Below, in pieces: positions 59,704 through 64,000 of a stretch of 64,000 nucleotides of DNA (the stretch's first letter is position 1; each line of letters begins with the position of its first letter). The stretch is taken from positions 1,096,835 to 1,160,834 of the forward strand of contig NZ_CP021455.1 of the NCBI RefSeq assembly GCF_002158865.1, written 5' to 3'. Both the position numbers and the translations under genes were made by a program. This DNA is from Comamonas serinivorans. GTDB lineage: Bacteria > Pseudomonadota > Gammaproteobacteria > Burkholderiales > Burkholderiaceae_C. The notes below the pieces were generated by a model. The model searched no databases, was not told where the DNA came from, and saw only the letters and a list, made by a program, of their open reading frames with translations.

Positions 59704-60055
59704 GGTGTTCGGCCTGGGGCAGGCCAGATGCCGGTCGAGCGACCCGGCCTCGGTCCCGATGATGGGGTGGCGAGGCATCGCAGCGCCATCTTGGGTGACT
59801 ACGCGATGGCATCGCCCATGGCGAACACCCTCTGCATGACGTGGGCGGCCACGGGTGTGAGGCTGCGTCTTGCCTGCGCGACCTGGCCGGGGGTCTGCTG
59901 ATGGATGCCATCGGCGTCGTGGCCTTCGCGCCGGTGCTGCTGGCGCGGCGCTGCTGGGCGTGGCCCTGCTGCTGCAACGCAGATCGCCCGCTCACCCGGC
60001 GCTGCAAGCCTGCTGGGCCGTTGTCCAGCCATCCACATCGCAGTGCAATTCTTGT

Positions 60056-60108
60056 GCAGTATGGGTCAACTTCCGTTTGATTGACATCGGATATGCGGGT
60101 ATACCCAT
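60056..60108. repeat. nested-palindrome repeat family, copy R23
   Basis: GCAGTATGGGT ... CTTCCGTTT-GATTGAC-ATCGGATA ... GGGTATACCCAT. Confidence 0.65.
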
Positions 60109-60149
60109 GTTGATGTGGCGTTTGCGGTGCCCGCCCCGAAGTCGGGTGA

Positions 60150-61547
60150 TCAGTCGCGTGCCGGGGCACCGCCTGCAGCCGGCTCCCCCGTGTCAGCGGC
60201 CCCAGCCTGGGGACCACCGGGCTCGGCATCCATGGAGAAGCCGATCGTCGTGCGGCCCTGGGCGGAATGGGCCGACGCCTGCCCGCCGTGCATGCGCGCA
60301 ACGGCGCTGACGATGGCCAGACCCAGGCCGTGGTGGCGGGCGGCGTCGGTGCGCGCGGCATCCACGCGGTAGAAGCGGTCGAACAGGTGCGGCAGGTGGC
60401 TGGCATCCAGGGGCGCGCCCTGGTTGCTCACCGCCAGCGTCACCTGGCCGTTGCCAGGGACGATGTCGATGCAGAGGTCGGAGCCCGCATCGGCATGGCG
60501 CACGGCATTCGACAGCAGGTTGGACAGGGCGCGCTCCACCAGCGGCTGGTCCAAGGCGCCGACGTGGTCGCCCCGAATCCGCAGGCCCAGACCGGCCTCG
60601 GCCAACTCGGCTTCGTGGTAGCTGGCGACCCGCTGTGCCACCGCAGCCAGGCTGGCGGGTGGGCCGCGCCGTGCGAGCGCCCCGCGGTCGGCCCGGGACA
60701 GGAACAACATGTCCTGAACGATGCTGGCCATGCGGTGCAGCTCTTCGAGGTTGGCGCCCAGCGTGTCGCGCAGGGTGCCCGCATCGCGTTGCCGCCGCAG
60801 GGCAATCTCGGTGCCGCCGATGAGGTTTGCCAACGGGGTGCACAGCTCATGCGCCACGTCGGCGTTGAAGCCCTCCAGCTGCTGGTAGGCGTGCTCCAGG
60901 CGCTCCAGCAGCGCGTTGAACTGCTCGACCAGGGGCCGCAGCTCGTCGGGCTGGCCGGCGAGCAGAAGGCGTTGGTGCAGGGTGTCGGCGCTGAGCTGGC
61001 GTGCCTGGTCGGTCAGCAGCCGCAAGGGGCGCAGGCCCTGCCGCACCAGGACAAAGCCGCCGGCCGAGATCAGCGCGGCCCCGATCACGCTCGCCAGCAC
61101 CAGGATCCAGGCGATGCGGGCCAGCAGCACTTGGTCGTCGTCGATCGACAGGCCGAGTTGGCCGCTCACCCGGGGTCGGCCTGCACCCGGCACACCCGGC
61201 AGGGCGCTCTCGATGGCCCGGGTGCGTTGGGCACGGCGGGGCACGTCGCCCGCTGGCGGGCGTGCATAGAACACCGTGCCGTCGGCGTGGCGCAGCACCA
61301 GCGACATGTCGCCATGCCCGAGCAGGAACTCATCGAGCCGATGGCGCAGGTCCGCCGCGCTGGACTCCGCGAACAGGTGCGCGAGCAGGGTGGTTTTCTC
61401 GTCGAGGAAGCGCGTCTGCCGCGATTCCAGCCCCATCGCAATCGCGGCATAGATGGCGAGGCAGATGGCGGCCAGGCCGGCCAGGCTTTGCAACGCCAGC
61501 CACATCGACAGGCGTCGGCCCAGGGAATGAGGGCTGTGCGCTGTCAC
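60150..61547 (-). CDS. heavy-metal-type sensor histidine kinase (CusS/CzcS-like)
   Basis: Two TM segments, HAMP, H-box FNADVAHELCTPLANL, N/G boxes (LLSNAVRHA, GLGLAIV). 4-nt overlap with the regulator gene. Confidence 0.85.
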   Translation of the reverse strand: MTAHSPHSLGRRLSMWLALQSLAGLAAICLAIYAAIAMGLESRQTRFLDEKTTLLAHLFAESSAADLRHRLDEFLLGHGDMSLVLRHADGTVFYARPPAGDVPRRAQRTRAIESALPGVPGAGRPRVSGQLGLSIDDDQVLLARIAWILVLASVIGAALISAGGFVLVRQGLRPLRLLTDQARQLSADTLHQRLLLAGQPDELRPLVEQFNALLERLEHAYQQLEGFNADVAHELCTPLANLIGGTEIALRRQRDAGTLRDTLGANLEELHRMASIVQDMLFLSRADRGALARRGPPASLAAVAQRVASYHEAELAEAGLGLRIRGDHVGALDQPLVERALSNLLSNAVRHADAGSDLCIDIVPGNGQVTLAVSNQGAPLDASHLPHLFDRFYRVDAARTDAARHHGLGLAIVSAVARMHGGQASAHSAQGRTTIGFSMDAEPGGPQAGAADTGEPAAGGAPARD

Positions 61548-62233
61548 GTCGAACGGGGCTCCAGGACGTAGCCCATGCCGCGAACCGTGTGCAACAGGGG
61601 GTGCGAAAACGGCTCGTCTATCTTGCTGCGGAGTCGGCGCACGGCCACGTCGATCACGTTCGTGCCATGGTCGAAGTTCACGTCCCAGACCTGCTCGGCG
61701 ATCTCGGTGCGCGACAAGACCTCGCCCGTGCGCCGCATCAGCAACGACAGCAGCTGGAACTCCTTGGCCGACAGGTCCAGCCGCCTGCCGTTCCGCGTGG
61801 CGCGCCGGCGGACCAGGTCCAGGTGCAGATCGGCCACGGTCAGCTGCAGCGTGTCGGCCAGGCCCGGCGCGGTCGCGCGCCGCAGCAGCACCTCGATGCG
61901 GGCCAGCAGCTCGGTGAACGCAAACGGCTTGACGAGGTAGTCGTCGGCGCCGGCCTTGAGCCCCTGCACGCGGTCTTCGACCTGGCCCCGTGCGGTCAGC
62001 ATCAGGATGGGGATGTGGGCCCGCGGTGACTGCCGGAGCGCCGCCAGCACCCCCAGGCCATCGATGCCGGGCAGCATGCCGTCCAACACGATGAGGTCGT
62101 GGTGGCCTTCGGTCGCAAGGTGCAGGCCATCGATGCCGTTGTGCGTCACCTCCACCACATAGCCTTCTTCGCCCAGCCCCTTGCGCAGGTAATCGGCCAG
62201 CTTGACCTCGTCTTCGACCACCAGGATCTTCAT
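61544..62233 (-). CDS. OmpR-family response regulator (CusR/CzcR-like)
   Basis: MKILVVEDE...DLIVLD...LMLTA...GADDYL.KPF receiver plus a winged-helix domain (RGMGYVL). Confidence 0.9.
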   Translation of the reverse strand: MKILVVEDEVKLADYLRKGLGEEGYVVEVTHNGIDGLHLATEGHHDLIVLDGMLPGIDGLGVLAALRQSPRAHIPILMLTARGQVEDRVQGLKAGADDYLVKPFAFTELLARIEVLLRRATAPGLADTLQLTVADLHLDLVRRRATRNGRRLDLSAKEFQLLSLLMRRTGEVLSRTEIAEQVWDVNFDHGTNVIDVAVRRLRSKIDEPFSHPLLHTVRGMGYVLEPRST

Positions 62234-62392
62234 GGCGCGATCCGATCCGTGGCGCGCCTCTGACATGACAGAACTGTCATCTGCCGGACCCGTTCCTGTT
62301 GGGTGCGGCTTCCTACAGTGGCCCCCATGCCTCGTGGCATGCGAGACGCGTTGAGAACACGTCCGCAATTTCCGCTGACAGGAGTGATCACC

Positions 62393-62716
62393 ATGAACAA
62401 GACTTTTTCCATTTTGACCATTGTCGCTGGCGTGCTGTCGGCCCCGGTGGCCGCGCATGCCGCATCGGCCTGGCACGAGGGCAACGGCAACGTGGTTCAG
62501 TTCACGCCCCACCACATCGGCTCCCAGCCGCGGGCCGAAGTGCAGGCCGACACCCGTGCGGCGCGCGAAGGCGGCACCCTGAGCACCTACCAGAGAGCGA
62601 TTCCCGTGCCGGGCAAAAGTTCGGCCAGCCCCAAGACGCGCGCCGAGGTGATCGAGGAGATGCGCACCCAGTCGCCGGAAGCCCGCCAGGCGTACAAGGC
62701 GCTGTACGGCGGCTGA
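62393..62716 (+). CDS. DUF4148-like small periplasmic protein
   Basis: Signal peptide ending AHA. C-terminal KTRAEV..E...... motif. Confidence 0.5.
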   Translation: MNKTFSILTIVAGVLSAPVAAHAASAWHEGNGNVVQFTPHHIGSQPRAEVQADTRAAREGGTLSTYQRAIPVPGKSSASPKTRAEVIEEMRTQSPEARQAYKALYGG

Positions 62717-62808
62717 TCGCCGCCGGGGGGGCGCCGACGCGCGCCGCGCTCGCATCGTCCAGGCCTGGCAGACGGCCTGAGACGATCTCCCTACAATCGC
62801 CCTCGCTC

Positions 62809-63246
62809 ATGAACCAGGCATCCCTTCGCAGCGCATCGAGCGGCGGCTCCGCCGCCGCGATGCCGGCTCGCCGTCAGCGGCTGGCCGGCTGGCTGCTGCT
62901 GGCCTTGCTGTGCCTGATGCCGCTGCAATTCAGTTGGGCGGCCGTGGCCCGCTATTGCCAGCACGAGGCCGTGGCCCCGGCTCAGCAGCCCCATGCCGGG
63001 CACCACAGCCACGAGCACCGGGCGCAGGTGGCGGGCGTGGTGTCCAGCCTGCCCGATGCGGATTGCCACTACTGCCATGCCTCGGTGGCGCCGTTCGTGA
63101 TCTCGCAGTACGCGCAGCAGGCGCCCAGTGTGCCGCCCCAGCAGCGGCTGCAGTCCCCCAACCCCGCTTTCCCTGGCTGGATTCCGCCCGGCATCGACCG
63201 CCCCAATTGGCCTTGGACCGACCGTTCCGGCATGGCGGAGGCTTGA
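62809..63246 (+). CDS. His/Cys-rich periplasmic protein, CzcI-like position upstream of the efflux OMP
   Basis: TM/signal segment, HAGHHSHEH and CHYCH motifs. Lies directly upstream of the CzcC-like gene. Confidence 0.45.
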   Translation: MNQASLRSASSGGSAAAMPARRQRLAGWLLLALLCLMPLQFSWAAVARYCQHEAVAPAQQPHAGHHSHEHRAQVAGVVSSLPDADCHYCHASVAPFVISQYAQQAPSVPPQQRLQSPNPAFPGWIPPGIDRPNWPWTDRSGMAEA

Positions 63247-63306
63247 GCTTGCTTTGACCTTGGCCATGTCGGATTCACGTTGGTTCGAGACTGAACGGAG
63301 AATTCG

Positions 63307-64000
63307 ATGGGCAAAGTTCGTGTGCCGCTCGCCTGGTTGGCGTGTGCGGCCTTGGCCGGCAATGCGCTGGCGGATGAGGGTCGGCTGGGGGATGCAGCAC
63401 CCCCTGTGCGAGGCGGGTTGAGCGAGCCCGCCCCTGCGCCCGCGACGGGCGCAGGGCTGGACCTGGCGACGGCGTTGCACCGCGCCGAGGCGCGCAGCCC
63501 CGACATGGCGGCCTCACAGCTGGAGGCGGAGGCGACGCGCCACGAGCTGGCGCAGGCGGGTGTTCGGCCCAACCCTGAACTGGGGGTGGACGTGGAGGAC
63601 GCGAACCGTCGCCAGCGCACGACCACCGTGCTGCTGAGCCAGCGCATGGAGCTGGGCGGCAAGCGCGACGCGCGGGTGCAGGCCGCGCGCAAGGCCAGCG
63701 AGCTGGCCACCGTTCAGACGCAGCAGCAGCGCGTGGAAACGCGTGCGGCGGTGACCCGCGCGTTCTTCGACACCCTGATCGCGCAGGAGCGCGTCCAGCT
63801 GGCGCAAGAGGCCTTGAACCTGGCGCAGCTCGGCGCCGCGGTGGCCGACAAGCGCGTGCAGGCGGGCAAGGTGTCGCCGGTCGAGCTGACCCGGGCCCGT
63901 GTGGCCCAGGCGCAGACGCGCATGGCGCTGACCCAGGCGCAGGGCGAGCTGCAGACCAGCCTGCACGCGCTGCATGCGGCGCTGGGCGGCGACACCCGCG
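63307..64000 (+). CDS. TolC-family outer-membrane efflux protein (CzcC/CusC-like), N-terminal part, runs off window
   Basis: My own translation from the ATG at 63307 (absent from the ORF track because no stop is reached): signal peptide LACAALAGNALA, then LDLATAL..A.ARSPD......E......L.QAG..PNPEL and the usual heptad-rich helices. Confidence 0.8.
   Translation, partial: MGKVRVPLAWLACAALAGNALADEGRLGDAAPPVRGGLSEPAPAPATGAGLDLATALHRAEARSPDMAASQLEAEATRHELAQAGVRPNPELGVDVEDANRRQRTTTVLLSQRMELGGKRDARVQAARKASELATVQTQQQRVETRAAVTRAFFDTLIAQERVQLAQEALNLAQLGAAVADKRVQAGKVSPVELTRARVAQAQTRMALTQAQGELQTSLHALHAALGGDTR

Overview
High-GC betaproteobacterial (Comamonadaceae-like) chromosomal segment. After trimming the many antisense and out-of-frame ORFs typical of high-GC DNA, about 56 protein genes can be supported. 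Most are housekeeping: rep 3' end, hisD, a split metH, purU, lysA, bfr, ugd, maf, an rluE-like gene and a DEAD-box helicase. Also present are an LPS-modification cluster (GT2, ArnT-like GT, UDP-GlcA 4-epimerase, ugd), two lrgAB-like pairs, transporters, regulators and the start of a czc/cus-type metal-efflux locus. Three things stand out. (1) At 30.7-42.2 kb an rtcR locus (CARF-AAA+-HTH sigma-54 activator) has rtcA but no rtcB or rsr in the window. Three correctly spaced sigma-54 promoters are present. One fires divergently into a tRNA-like RNA, a long structured leader, a cytoplasmic SPFH protein and an orphan ORF. One fires into two tandem cloverleaf tRNA-like RNAs with compensatory stem changes, followed by orphan 965-aa and 247-aa ORFs. 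One fires into rtcA. This is the best candidate for an undescribed RNA-damage or RNA-repair module. (2) A ~50-bp nested-palindrome repeat (GTATGG..CCGTT-loop-AACGG..CCATAC) occurs 24 times. It is mostly intergenic, but six copies are read through by ORFs, one as an in-frame internal insertion. (3) An SAH riboswitch precedes a metH that lacks its homocysteine-binding domain. No rRNA, canonical tRNA, CRISPR array, transposase or prophage gene was seen. All calls rest on reading the sequence and ORF translations only; no database search was run.
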